Origin: Anaerovoracaceae bacterium
GTDB lineage: Bacteria > Bacillota > Clostridia > Peptostreptococcales > Anaerovoracaceae
Length of the DNA: 64,000 nt
Reading direction: 5' to 3'
NCBI GenBank assembly: GCA_045545495.1
Contig: JAZQBC010000058.1
Coordinates: 17,246-81,245, forward strand
Shown: one piece after another, positions 37,163 to 47,092 of the stretch
Numbering within the stretch: position 1 is the first letter of the stretch
How the letters are laid out: every line of letters begins with the position of its first letter
Position numbers and translations under genes: made by a program
Notes under the pieces: model-generated
What the model was told of the DNA's origin: nothing
The model's input: only the letters and a program-made list of their open reading frames with translations
Database searches by the model: none

Positions 37163-37957
37163 ATGAAACTCGAAGTTATCAGGGCAAACCCTGCAGGAAA
37201 TATAACGCTTTTCGTTAAGACTCCTGTCGATAAGTCGATCAGAGGATCGCTCGCAGAGAAACTCCTCGCCATAGAGGAATTCGCGGCGGAGCAGGTAGGC
37301 TACTACTGCGAAGCTGCAGAAGGCTATGACGGTCATATGGAAATGGCCGGCGGGGAATTCTGCGGCAACGCCTCAAGAGCGTATGGATTTCTGATGGCTC
37401 AGGAAAAAGGACTCGAAGGCAAAGTGCATCTCACACTAGATGTAAGCGGATCCGATGTTCCTGTCGAAGTTGACGCGGACATGGACGAAGGTACAGCCAG
37501 AGCAAGCATGCCGCTTCCTCAGTTCGTAAAGCCGGCTGAGGCTGGCGGAGTTGAAGGCATATTGGTGCACCTCGGAGGCATCGCGCATTTTGTTGTTGAA
37601 GATGTCGAGCCGACCGAAGAGTTCTTTGATAAAGCCGAAGCAGAGATCTTTAAAGATATGAAAGAACTTGACGCCTATGGCGTGATGTTCACAGACAGTG
37701 AAACGGGCAGACTCACTCCGCTCGTGAAAGTACCTGCGGCTAATTCTCTTTACTGGGAAGGCAGCTGCGGAAGCGGAAGCCTTGCTACAGTGATAGCCGG
37801 GACCGAAGGCATGCCTGACGGAAACTACGCTATGGACCTCGTACAGCCGGCCGGAACAGTCCGCGCTGAGGTCAGTCGCGAGGGCGGAGAAGTCAAAAAA
37901 GCATTTATTGGTGGAAATATCAGTATTGATGCACCGAAATACATCGAAATACAATGA
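37163..37957 (+). CDS. DapF-fold cofactor-independent racemase/epimerase (candidate histidine racemase)
   Basis: 'ANPAGNITLFV', 'EFCGNASRA' and 'EGSCGSGSLA' form a two-cysteine architecture like diaminopimelate epimerase. Sits immediately upstream of hutU. Confidence 0.7.
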   Translation: MKLEVIRANPAGNITLFVKTPVDKSIRGSLAEKLLAIEEFAAEQVGYYCEAAEGYDGHMEMAGGEFCGNASRAYGFLMAQEKGLEGKVHLTLDVSGSDVPVEVDADMDEGTARASMPLPQFVKPAEAGGVEGILVHLGGIAHFVVEDVEPTEEFFDKAEAEIFKDMKELDAYGVMFTDSETGRLTPLVKVPAANSLYWEGSCGSGSLATVIAGTEGMPDGNYAMDLVQPAGTVRAEVSREGGEVKKAFIGGNISIDAPKYIEIQ

Positions 37958-38036
37958 GATTGTGATATAATTGTTAAGGTCCGGAATATATTATCAACTG
38001 ATTCCGGGATATGATCTAACACAACGGAGGTAAAAC

Positions 38037-40043
38037 ATGGCTGATTATGAAAAAGCAATGACAATCAAGCTGGATTATGAGCTTCCAGAGTATCCTGAAA
38101 TGGATCCTCAGTACAGAAGAGCTCCTAGAAGAGAAGCACATCTTACAGAGGCTGACAAAGCTCTTGCTATCAAGAACGCTCTGAGATATATCCATCCTGA
38201 TCATCATGAGCAGATGGCGAAGGAATTCGCCCAGGAGCTCGAAGAGCATGGACGTATTTACGGATACCGTTTCCGTCCTGAAGGCAAGCTCTATGGTAAG
38301 CCAATCGACGAGTATAAGGGAGCATGCATCGAGGGTAAAGCTATCCAGGTAATGATAGACAACAACCTCGACTTCGATATCGCTCTTTATCCATATGAGC
38401 TCGTAACATACGGCGAAACAGGACAGGTTTGCCAGAACTGGATGCAGTACAGACTCATCAAGAAATACCTTGAGGTACTCACACAGGATCAGACACTGGT
38501 AGTTATGTCGGGACATCCTCTCGGACTTTTCCATTCACATAGTCTGGCACCGAGAGTAATCATCAGTAACGGCCTCATGATCGGTACATTCGATGATCTC
38601 CATAACTTCAATAGAGCTGCTGCTCTGGGCGTAGCTAACTACGGACAGATGACAGCCGGCGGCTGGATGTACATCGGACCTCAGGGTATCGTTCACGGTA
38701 CATTCAACACACTCCTCAACGCAGGAAGACTCAAACTGGGAATCCCTCAGGACGGCAACCTCGCCGGTAAGATCTTCGTATCGGCAGGACTCGGCGGCAT
38801 GAGCGGTGCTCAGGGTAAAGCTGCTGAGATCGCAGGAGCTGCTTCCATCATCGCTGAGGTAGACGACTCCCGTATCGAGACACGTTACACACAGGGCTGG
38901 GTAACACACAGATCAGGTGACCTCGAAGAGGCTACAAAGATGCTTCTTGAGCATCAGAAAGAGGGCAAGGCCTGCGCTATCGCTTATCACGGCAACATCG
39001 TAGACCTTCTCGAGTATCTGTATGATCACGACGTACACGTAGATCTCATGAGTGACCAGACATCCTGCCACGTTCCTTACGAAGGCGGATACTGCCCACA
39101 GGGACTCACCTTCGAAGAGCGTACAGACATGCTCGACAAGGATCCTGAAGGATTCGCTAAGCTCGTCGACAAGACTCTGCAGCATCACTATGAGATGATC
39201 TGCAAGTTCAGCGAAAGAGGAACATACTTCTTCGACTATGGTAACAGCTTCCTCAAGGCTGTTTATGACACAGGCGTTAAGAGCATCTGCAAGAACGGCG
39301 AGAACGATCTTGACGGATTCATCTTCCCATCCTATGTTGAAGATATCCTCGGACCATTCCTCTTCGACTATGGTTATGGACCATTCAGATGGTGCTGCCT
39401 GTCGAGAAACCCAGAAGATCTTGACAAGACTGACGCTGCTGCTGCTGAGTACATCCTTGCTCACAACAGACGTTATCAGGACTACGACAACTACGTATGG
39501 GTACGTGATGCCAAGAAGAACAAACTCGTCGTTGGTACACAGTGCCGTATCCTCTATCAGGATGCTATCGGCCGTATGAACATCGCTCTGAAGTTCAACG
39601 AGATGGTTAGAAACGGAGAGATCGGTCCTGTTATCCTTGGTCGTGACCACCACGATACAGGCGGAACAGACGCTCCATTCAGAGAAACATCCAACATCAA
39701 GGACGGTTCCAACATCATGGCTGAGATGTCCGCACAGTGCTACGCAGGTAACGCTGCAAGAGGCATGAGCTACATCGCACTCCATAACGGCGGTGGTACA
39801 GGTATCGGTAATTCGCAGAACGGCGGATTCGGTATGGTACTCGATGGCTCCGAGAGAGTTGATAACATCCTCAAGATGGCTATGCCATGGGATACAATGG
39901 TCGGAGTTGCTCGTCGTAACTGGGCTCGCAATGAGCACGCTATGGAAGTTTGCGCTGAGTACAACGAGATGATGGCAGGTGCTGACCACATCACAATGCC
40001 TTACGTCGCTGACGATGCTGTCGTAGAGGCTGCACTCAAATAA
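38037..40043 (+). CDS. hutU: urocanate hydratase
   Basis: 668 aa with 'GGWMYIGPQGIVHGT' and 'GRDHHDTGGTD'. Confidence 0.95.
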   Translation: MADYEKAMTIKLDYELPEYPEMDPQYRRAPRREAHLTEADKALAIKNALRYIHPDHHEQMAKEFAQELEEHGRIYGYRFRPEGKLYGKPIDEYKGACIEGKAIQVMIDNNLDFDIALYPYELVTYGETGQVCQNWMQYRLIKKYLEVLTQDQTLVVMSGHPLGLFHSHSLAPRVIISNGLMIGTFDDLHNFNRAAALGVANYGQMTAGGWMYIGPQGIVHGTFNTLLNAGRLKLGIPQDGNLAGKIFVSAGLGGMSGAQGKAAEIAGAASIIAEVDDSRIETRYTQGWVTHRSGDLEEATKMLLEHQKEGKACAIAYHGNIVDLLEYLYDHDVHVDLMSDQTSCHVPYEGGYCPQGLTFEERTDMLDKDPEGFAKLVDKTLQHHYEMICKFSERGTYFFDYGNSFLKAVYDTGVKSICKNGENDLDGFIFPSYVEDILGPFLFDYGYGPFRWCCLSRNPEDLDKTDAAAAEYILAHNRRYQDYDNYVWVRDAKKNKLVVGTQCRILYQDAIGRMNIALKFNEMVRNGEIGPVILGRDHHDTGGTDAPFRETSNIKDGSNIMAEMSAQCYAGNAARGMSYIALHNGGGTGIGNSQNGGFGMVLDGSERVDNILKMAMPWDTMVGVARRNWARNEHAMEVCAEYNEMMAGADHITMPYVADDAVVEAALK

Positions 40044-40132
40044 TTAACTAAACAGATCCTCGGGTCCTCCTTCCGGAATGCTTTCCGGAGGGAGGGCAGC
40101 GAGGGGTCTTTATGTTTGTAGAGGAAATATCT

Positions 40133-41362
40133 ATGAAACTACTTATCAAAAACATCGGCATGCTCGCTACAGCAGTGGGCACATCCGCCAGATGCGGCAA
40201 AGACCAGGGCGAGATCATCAAGGTGAACAACGCTTGGATCGAGGTAGAAGACGATAAGATCAAAGCCTGTGGTGAGGGCGCTGCCCCTGCCGGCGATTTC
40301 GATGAAGTCATCGACGCTGAGGGAAGGCTCGTCACTCCTGGACTGGTCGACGCTCATACCCATCTCGTATTCGGCGGATGGAGACAAAATGAGCTCGGAC
40401 TCAAGCTTCACGGAGCCAGCTATCTTGACATACTCGCTATGGGTGGCGGGATCCACTCCACAGTCAAATCTACAAGAGAAGCTACAGAGGACGAACTTTA
40501 TGCCAAGGCCGCTAAGGCACTCGATGAGATGATCTCCATCGGAGTTACTACAGTTGAGGCCAAGAGCGGATACGGACTTGATCTTGAGAATGAGTTCAAA
40601 CAGCTTCGCGCTATGAAGAGACTGGGCGAGGATCACGTCATAGATCTCGTTCCTACATTCCTCGGAGCGCACGCTGTTCCAGAAGAATATAAGGATAATA
40701 GAGAAGAGTATATAAGACTGCTTACAGAAGAGATGATCCCTAAGGTCGCTGAGGAAGGCCTCGCAGAGTTCTGCGATGTCTTCTGCGAAAAGGGAGTTTA
40801 CACAGCAGAGGAATCCGAAAGGATCCTTAAGGCTGGTCAGGCTCACGGCCTCAAGTCCAAGATCCACGCTGATGAGATCGAGAACATGGGCGGCACAGAA
40901 CTTTGCGCAAGCCTCAAGGCTGTGTCTGCTGAACATCTCATCGTATGCAAAGAGTCGGGCATCAAGGCTATGGCTGAGGGCGGCACTGTAGCGTGTACGC
41001 TTCCTGCCACAAGCTTTTACCTTGGAGCTGTTTACGCTCCTGCCCGCGAGATGATCGAGGCCGGAGTTCCGGTCGCAGTCGGTTCCGACTTCAACCCGGG
41101 ATCATGCCCATCGCTCAATCTCCAGTTCTGTATGAATCTGGCATGTCTTAAATATAAGCTGACACCTGAAGAGATGCTGACAGCAGTAACGCTCAACGCG
41201 GCAGCTGCTGTATGCCGCGCGGATAAGGTCGGAAGCATAGAGGAAGGCAAGCAGGCTGACATCGTTATCTGGGATGCCCCTGATCTTGACTACCTCGGCT
41301 ACAGAATGGGATCCAATCTCGCCGCGACAGTCATCAAGAAGGGTAAAGTCGTTATTAGTTAA
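40133..41362 (+). CDS. hutI: imidazolonepropionase
   Basis: 'PGLVDAHTHLVFGG' and 'KIHADE' amidohydrolase motifs. Start at 'MKLLIKNIG'. Confidence 0.95.
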   Translation: MKLLIKNIGMLATAVGTSARCGKDQGEIIKVNNAWIEVEDDKIKACGEGAAPAGDFDEVIDAEGRLVTPGLVDAHTHLVFGGWRQNELGLKLHGASYLDILAMGGGIHSTVKSTREATEDELYAKAAKALDEMISIGVTTVEAKSGYGLDLENEFKQLRAMKRLGEDHVIDLVPTFLGAHAVPEEYKDNREEYIRLLTEEMIPKVAEEGLAEFCDVFCEKGVYTAEESERILKAGQAHGLKSKIHADEIENMGGTELCASLKAVSAEHLIVCKESGIKAMAEGGTVACTLPATSFYLGAVYAPAREMIEAGVPVAVGSDFNPGSCPSLNLQFCMNLACLKYKLTPEEMLTAVTLNAAAAVCRADKVGSIEEGKQADIVIWDAPDLDYLGYRMGSNLAATVIKKGKVVIS

Positions 41363-41402
41363 TTCTATATATATAAAACATTTTAAATGAGAGGTGTACT
41401 AA

Positions 41403-43028
41403 ATGAAGTATAATCCATCACTTATCAAGGAAATTACTCTTGACGGTAAGAGCCTGGTATTTGAAGAGTTTATCGCAGCTGCACGCTTTGGTGCTCATAT
41501 CAACATCGATCCTGAAGCGATCGAGAGAATGAAAGAGTCCAGAGCTCTCGCAGAGAAGATCCAGGCAGAAGGAAGAGCTGCTTATGGTATCACAACAGGA
41601 TTCGGTGAGTTCCAGAACACAGCCGTAGCTCCAGAGATGTCCAACCAGCTCTCGACAAACCTGATCCTCAGCCACTGCACAGCAACAGGCGAGCCATATA
41701 AAGAAGAAGTAGCCAGAGGTATCATGATCCTCCGCTGCAACAACCTCCTCGTTGGTATCTCCGGTGTAAGACCTCTCCTCGTAGAGATCATGGTAGAGAT
41801 GCTCAACAAGGGCGTTACTCCAGTGATCCCTCAGAAGGGTTCCCTCGGTTCATCCGGAGACCTCGCTCCACTCGCTCACATGACTCTGCCTATCCTCGGA
41901 CTCGGCGAAGCTACATACAAGGGCGAAGTTCTTCCTGGTAAAGAGGCTATGCACAGAGCAGGTATCCAGACTGTTGATACACTCGTATGCAAGGAAGGCC
42001 TTGGCATGACAAACGGTACATGCGCTATGACATCCTGCGGAGCACTCGCTCTTTATGATGCTATCTGCGCAGCTGAGATGGCTGACGTTATCGCTTCCAT
42101 GTCCATGGAAGGACTTACATGCCAGCGCAACGCGTTTGACCCACGTGTCCACACATGCAGAGGACATGAAGGCCAGATCAAGGTTGCTGAGAACCTCAAG
42201 ATGCTCACAGACGATTCTCCACTGATCGACAAGGCTCAGGGCGACAGAGTACAGGACGCTTACGCTATCAGATGTACTCCACAGATCCTTGGTGCTGTAA
42301 GAGACTCGCTCCAGTTCGTAATGGACAAGGTAGACATCGAGCTCAACGCTGTTACAGATAACCCGCTGCTCTTCATCGAGGACGAAGCAGTTATCTCGGG
42401 TGGTAACTTCCACGGCGAGCCAATGGCTCTTCCATTCGACCTCCTCGGTATCGCTGCTGCTGAGATCGCAGACCTCTCCGAGAGACGTCTTGAGAGAATG
42501 GTAAACCCAGCACTCTCCAACGGACTTACTCCATTCCTCGTAACAGAGGCTGGCCTTAACTCCGGATTCATGATCGTACAGTACGCTGCCGCTTCCATGG
42601 TATCCGAGTCCAAGATCTACGCTCATCCGGCTTCGGTAGACTCGATTCCATCTTCCGCTAACCAGGAAGACATCGTATCGATGGGTACAACAGCTGCCCG
42701 TACAGCTCGCATGATCGTTGAGAACACACTCGACGTACTCGCTCTCGAGCTCCTGACAGCTTGCCAGGCTATCGACATCAGAAGAAGAGCAGGCACTCAC
42801 GGCGAAGAGATCAGTGATTTCCACCAGAAGATCTACGACAAGGTTCGTGAAGAGGTAGACTTCTATGAGATCGACAGAGAGATCTGGCCTGACATTCGCG
42901 CTATGGAGAAATTCATCCGCAGAAAAGACCTCCTCGACCTGATCGACGAGTATAAGCCTGAACTCCTCGAGAACAACGCTTGGGGCAGATTCAGAGAAGA
43001 CATGAGATACACACCTCAGGTCAAGTAA
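41403..43028 (+). CDS. hutH: histidine ammonia-lyase
   Basis: 'YGITTGFG', 'GSLGSSGDLAPLAH' (MIO position; Ser-Ser-Gly here), 'MTNGT', 'VQDAYAIRC', 'NQEDIVSMG'. Confidence 0.9.
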   Translation: MKYNPSLIKEITLDGKSLVFEEFIAAARFGAHINIDPEAIERMKESRALAEKIQAEGRAAYGITTGFGEFQNTAVAPEMSNQLSTNLILSHCTATGEPYKEEVARGIMILRCNNLLVGISGVRPLLVEIMVEMLNKGVTPVIPQKGSLGSSGDLAPLAHMTLPILGLGEATYKGEVLPGKEAMHRAGIQTVDTLVCKEGLGMTNGTCAMTSCGALALYDAICAAEMADVIASMSMEGLTCQRNAFDPRVHTCRGHEGQIKVAENLKMLTDDSPLIDKAQGDRVQDAYAIRCTPQILGAVRDSLQFVMDKVDIELNAVTDNPLLFIEDEAVISGGNFHGEPMALPFDLLGIAAAEIADLSERRLERMVNPALSNGLTPFLVTEAGLNSGFMIVQYAAASMVSESKIYAHPASVDSIPSSANQEDIVSMGTTAARTARMIVENTLDVLALELLTACQAIDIRRRAGTHGEEISDFHQKIYDKVREEVDFYEIDREIWPDIRAMEKFIRRKDLLDLIDEYKPELLENNAWGRFREDMRYTPQVK

Positions 43029-43046
43029 TCAACGCAAAAGCCTAAA

Positions 43047-43075
43047 ACCGCCGCTTTCATAGTGGCGGTTTTTTA
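43047..43075 (+). terminator. rho-independent terminator
   Basis: 'accgccgct-ttcat-agtggcggt' followed by 'tttttt'. Confidence 0.85.
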
Positions 43076-43195
43076 AGGCTGTGTTTGATAGATAACTTCT
43101 ATCGTTTTTTAGAGAAAAAGTATTTGCTATACATAGTACGAAATAATAAAATTTCGGTGGAAAAATAGTTCTACCAGGAGCGAAGTTCCAACAAG

Positions 43196-43345
43196 CTCGC
43201 TTGATTGGAGCGAGCGACGCCGTCAACGTGCGTCAGGAGCTTCAGCTCTAAAGGCTATCAGTAGGACGTATGCTCGTTACTGATAGCCGAATATGACCGA
43301 AGCCTGTTTCTGTTGAGGCAGAGGTCAAATGACGCACGTTATTTC
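43196..43345. repeat. long nested-hairpin intergenic element (copy C; related in architecture, weakly in sequence)
   Basis: Outer inverted repeat 'aacgtgcgtca' and 'tgacgcacgtt'. Inner hairpins 'gctcgcttgattggagcgagc' and 'gctatcagta...tactgatagc'. Confidence 0.5.
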
Positions 43346-43385
43346 TATCATCATGTCTTACATTTTTTAAGGAGGGATAGACGAG

Positions 43386-45629
43386 ATGGTCAAATATCAT
43401 GAACAGGGAACACAGTGGGTAAACGGTGCTCCTGTTGCAGCTGGCGAAGGCGTCAACAAAGAAGAGGGACGTCAGGGTACTATTGCATATCAGATCCTGA
43501 ACGCTCATCGCAAGGACACAGCTGATGGACTTTTCCATATCAGCTTCGACGCACTCGTATCACACGATATCACTTATGTAGGAATCATCCAGACAGCCAG
43601 AGCATCCGGCCTTAAGGAATTCCCGATTCCATACGCTATGACAAACTGCCATAACAGCCTTTGCGCAGTAGGCGGTACTATCAACGAAGACGACCACGTA
43701 TTCGGTCTTTCCGCTGCTAAGAAGTACGGCGGAATCTACGTACCAGCTAACCAGAGCGTAATCCACTCATATGCACGTGAAGAGCTGGCCGCTTGCGGAA
43801 ACATGATCCTCGGATCCGACAGCCACACACGTTACGGCGCTCTCGGAACAATGGGCGTTGGCGAAGGTGGTCCTGAGCTCGTTAAGCAGCTCCTCAAGAA
43901 CACATGGGATATCACACCTCCACAGGTTGTGCTCTGCTATGTAACAGGCGAGCCTAAGAAAGGCATCGGTCCTCACGACGTAGCTATCGCTCTCGTTAAG
44001 GAGACATTCGGTAAGGGTCTCGTAAAGAACAAAGTTCTCGAGTTCGCAGGCCCTGGACTCAAGTATCTGCCATATGACTTCAGATCCGGTATCGATGTCA
44101 TGACAACAGAGACAACATGCCTCTCCTCCATCTGGGAGACAGACGAAGAGATCGAGAAATACTACAAGACATACAATCGTCCTGAGGCATTCAAGAAGCT
44201 CGAGCCTAAGGAAGGCGCATACTATGACGCTATCATCAACATCGAGCTCGACAAGATGGAAGCAATGATCGCACTGCCATTCCATCCATCAAACGCTTAC
44301 ACTATCCACGAGTTCCTCGAGAACGCTGACGAGATCCTTGCTGGTGTTGAGGAAGAAGCTAAGGTCAAATTCCCTAAGGCTCACCTCGACCTCAGATCCA
44401 AGATCTCAGACAAGGGCGTTTATGCTAACCAGGGCGTTATCGCAGGCTGCTCCGGCGGTATCTATGACAACATCGTAGAGGCTGCAGACATCCTCAAGGG
44501 CGGCAGCACAGGAAACGGATTCTTCTCACTTTCCGTATATCCTACAAGCGTTCCTACAAGCCTCGAACTCACACGTCAGGGCAAGACAGAAGCTCTGCTC
44601 GAGGCAGGCGCTATCATCAAGCCTTCGTTCTGCGGACCATGCTTCGGTGCCGGAGATGTTCCTGCAAACAACGGACTTTCGCTCAGACATACAACACGTA
44701 ACTTCCCTAACAGAGAAGGATCGAAGCCTGGCGAAGGACAGATCAGTGCAGTAGCTCTTATGGACGCAAGATCCATCGCTGCTACAGCTAAGAACGGCGG
44801 ATACATCACAGCTGCTACTGACATCGATTATGAGACAGAGCATCTTGATTACCACTTCGACGACGAAGTTTACAAGAGACGCTGCTACTATGGATTCGGC
44901 AAGGCTGATCCAGACGCAGAGCTCGTATTCGGACCGAACATCACAGATTGGCCTAAGATGTATGAGCTTTCAGAAAACCTCATGCTCGAGCTCGCAGCAG
45001 TCATCCATGACCCTGTAACAACAACAGACGAGCTGATCCCATCCGGCGAGACTTCTTCCTACAGAAGTAATCCGCTCAGACTCTCAGAGTTCGCTCTTTC
45101 GAGAAGAGTTCCTGAGTACGTTGGAAGATCCAAGGCTGTTTCCGCAGAGGAAGCTGAGAGAAGAGAAGGCAAGAAGCCTGAGAAGCTGACAAAGGCACTC
45201 GCTGCAGTAGGCGATGCTGATGAGCTCCTCAAGAACACTCAGTTCGGTTCCTGCGTATTCGCCAACAAGCCTGGCGACGGTTCTGCTCGTGAGCAGGCTG
45301 CTTCCTGCCAGAAGGTACTCGGCGGATTCGCTAACATCTGCTATGAGTATGCTACAAAGAGATACAGATCCAACTGCATCAACTGGGGTATCCTGCCATT
45401 CACACTCGACGAAGGCACTGAGTTCCCATACGAAGACGGCGAGTTTGTATTCGTTCCTGGAATCAGAAAAGCTGTTGAGGAAGGCCAGGAAGAGATCCCG
45501 GCTAAGGTAGTAAGAAAAGACGGAAGCGTTGAAGACCTCACACTTTACTGCAAGGGTCTCACAGCTGACGAAAAGCAGATCATCCTCGATGGCTGCCTCA
45601 TGAACTACTACGCAGCACAGAACAAATAG
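43386..45629 (+). CDS. aconitate hydratase
   Basis: 747 aa with 'ILGSDSHTRYGALG' and 'CGPCFGAG' Fe-S ligand motifs. RBS 'aaggaggg'. Confidence 0.9.
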   Translation: MVKYHEQGTQWVNGAPVAAGEGVNKEEGRQGTIAYQILNAHRKDTADGLFHISFDALVSHDITYVGIIQTARASGLKEFPIPYAMTNCHNSLCAVGGTINEDDHVFGLSAAKKYGGIYVPANQSVIHSYAREELAACGNMILGSDSHTRYGALGTMGVGEGGPELVKQLLKNTWDITPPQVVLCYVTGEPKKGIGPHDVAIALVKETFGKGLVKNKVLEFAGPGLKYLPYDFRSGIDVMTTETTCLSSIWETDEEIEKYYKTYNRPEAFKKLEPKEGAYYDAIINIELDKMEAMIALPFHPSNAYTIHEFLENADEILAGVEEEAKVKFPKAHLDLRSKISDKGVYANQGVIAGCSGGIYDNIVEAADILKGGSTGNGFFSLSVYPTSVPTSLELTRQGKTEALLEAGAIIKPSFCGPCFGAGDVPANNGLSLRHTTRNFPNREGSKPGEGQISAVALMDARSIAATAKNGGYITAATDIDYETEHLDYHFDDEVYKRRCYYGFGKADPDAELVFGPNITDWPKMYELSENLMLELAAVIHDPVTTTDELIPSGETSSYRSNPLRLSEFALSRRVPEYVGRSKAVSAEEAERREGKKPEKLTKALAAVGDADELLKNTQFGSCVFANKPGDGSAREQAASCQKVLGGFANICYEYATKRYRSNCINWGILPFTLDEGTEFPYEDGEFVFVPGIRKAVEEGQEEIPAKVVRKDGSVEDLTLYCKGLTADEKQIILDGCLMNYYAAQNK

Positions 45630-45644
45630 TTATAGTTTAAAAAG

Positions 45645-45804
45645 GGAGATTCGTAATTGCGCGAGCGGGTTCGCCTGCGGTAGCTGGTACTTAACGATCG
45701 GCGAGCAGCAACGACAGATTGATGCGAAGCCGGAGTTTAGTACCACTGCGTTAAGCCGCAGACAGGCGCGAGCCGTGTGCCCGGGAGTGTAATTACGAAG
45801 CTCC
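45645..45804. repeat. long imperfect-palindrome intergenic element, copy B
   Basis: Outer stem 'ggagattcgtaatt' and 'aattacgaagctcc'. The core is homologous to copy A, with compensatory substitutions. Confidence 0.8.
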
Positions 45805-45856
45805 GTAATAATCATTTACTTTTCACACTTACTTATTTAAGGAGAGAAACTGAAAC

Positions 45857-47071
45857 ATGGAAAAGATCAAAATGACTACTCCGATCGTTGAGATGGACGG
45901 AGACGAAATGACAAGGATCCTCTGGCAGATGATCAAAGACGAGCTTATTCTTCCTTTCGTAGACCTCAAGACAGAGTACTATGACCTCGGACTTCCTGTA
46001 CGTGATGAGACTGGTGACCAGATCACAAAGGACGCCGGCGAAGCTATCAAAAAGTATGGCGTTGGCGTAAAGTGCGCTACAATCACTCCTAACGCTCAGC
46101 GTATGGAGGAGTATCATCTCCATGAGATGTGGAAGAGCCCTAACGGAACTATCAGAGCTATCCTCGACGGTACTGTATTCCGTGCTCCTATCACGATCGA
46201 CAGCATCAAGCCGGTAGTCAAGAACTGGACAAAGCCTATCACAGTTGCACGTCACGCTTACGGCGACCTCTACAAGGGAACAGAGTACAGAGTTCCTGAG
46301 CAGGGAACAGGCGAGCTCGTATTCAAGAACAAGAACGGCGAGGAGCTGTTCCACGAGGTAGTTTATGATTATGAGTGCCCTGGTATCCTCCAGAGCATCT
46401 ACAACAAGGATTCCTCGATCGAGTCCTTCGCACATTCATGCTTCAAGTATGCTATCGAGACTAAGCAGGATCTCTGGTTCTCCTGCAAGGACACGATCTC
46501 CAAGAAGTATGACATGCACTTCCGCAATACTTTCCAGAAGCTCTATGACGAAGTTTACAAGGAAGAATTCGACAAGCTCGGTCTTACTTACTTCTACACA
46601 CTGATCGACGATGCTATCGCAAGAGTTATCAGAAGCAAGGGCGGATTCATCTGGGCTCTTAAGAACTACGATGGAGACGTAATGAGCGACATGGTATCCA
46701 CAGCATTCGGATCACTCGCTATGATGACATCCGTACTCGTAAGCCCGGACGGCAAGTTCGAGTATGAGGCTGCTCACGGCACAGTTACACGCCACTACTA
46801 CAAGTATCTCGAAGGCGAAGAGACATCCACAAACCCAATGGCTACTATCTTCGCATGGACAGGCGCTCTCCAGAAGAGAGGCGAGATGGACGGACTTGAA
46901 GATCTGCAGGCATTCGGCGCTAAGCTCGAAGAGGCATGCATCGACACACTCAACGACGGCATCATGACAAAGGACCTCGTAGGACTCGTAGAAGGCATGG
47001 AAGCTAAGGCAGTTCTTACAAAGGACTTCATCGCAGCAATCAGAGAAAGACTGGAAGCTAAACTCGCATAG
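45857..47071 (+). CDS. icd: NADP-dependent isocitrate dehydrogenase (404-aa dimeric type)
   Basis: 'IVEMDGDEMTRILW' and 'KCATITPN', typical of this IDH subfamily. Confidence 0.9.
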   Translation: MEKIKMTTPIVEMDGDEMTRILWQMIKDELILPFVDLKTEYYDLGLPVRDETGDQITKDAGEAIKKYGVGVKCATITPNAQRMEEYHLHEMWKSPNGTIRAILDGTVFRAPITIDSIKPVVKNWTKPITVARHAYGDLYKGTEYRVPEQGTGELVFKNKNGEELFHEVVYDYECPGILQSIYNKDSSIESFAHSCFKYAIETKQDLWFSCKDTISKKYDMHFRNTFQKLYDEVYKEEFDKLGLTYFYTLIDDAIARVIRSKGGFIWALKNYDGDVMSDMVSTAFGSLAMMTSVLVSPDGKFEYEAAHGTVTRHYYKYLEGEETSTNPMATIFAWTGALQKRGEMDGLEDLQAFGAKLEEACIDTLNDGIMTKDLVGLVEGMEAKAVLTKDFIAAIRERLEAKLA

Positions 47072-47092
47072 TTAGTAAGGAGAGAATGACGT

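Noticed and set aside
38913-39989. 358-aa antisense ORF inside hutU. Similar ones occur at 41850-42824 (hutH), 48530-49765 (citF), 50483-51583 (fhs) and 56420-57820 (SSS transporter).
   Set aside because: All lie opposite strongly supported genes. They have Ser/Val/Cys/Asp-rich nonsense composition and no start context. They are an artefact of strong codon bias in highly expressed genes.
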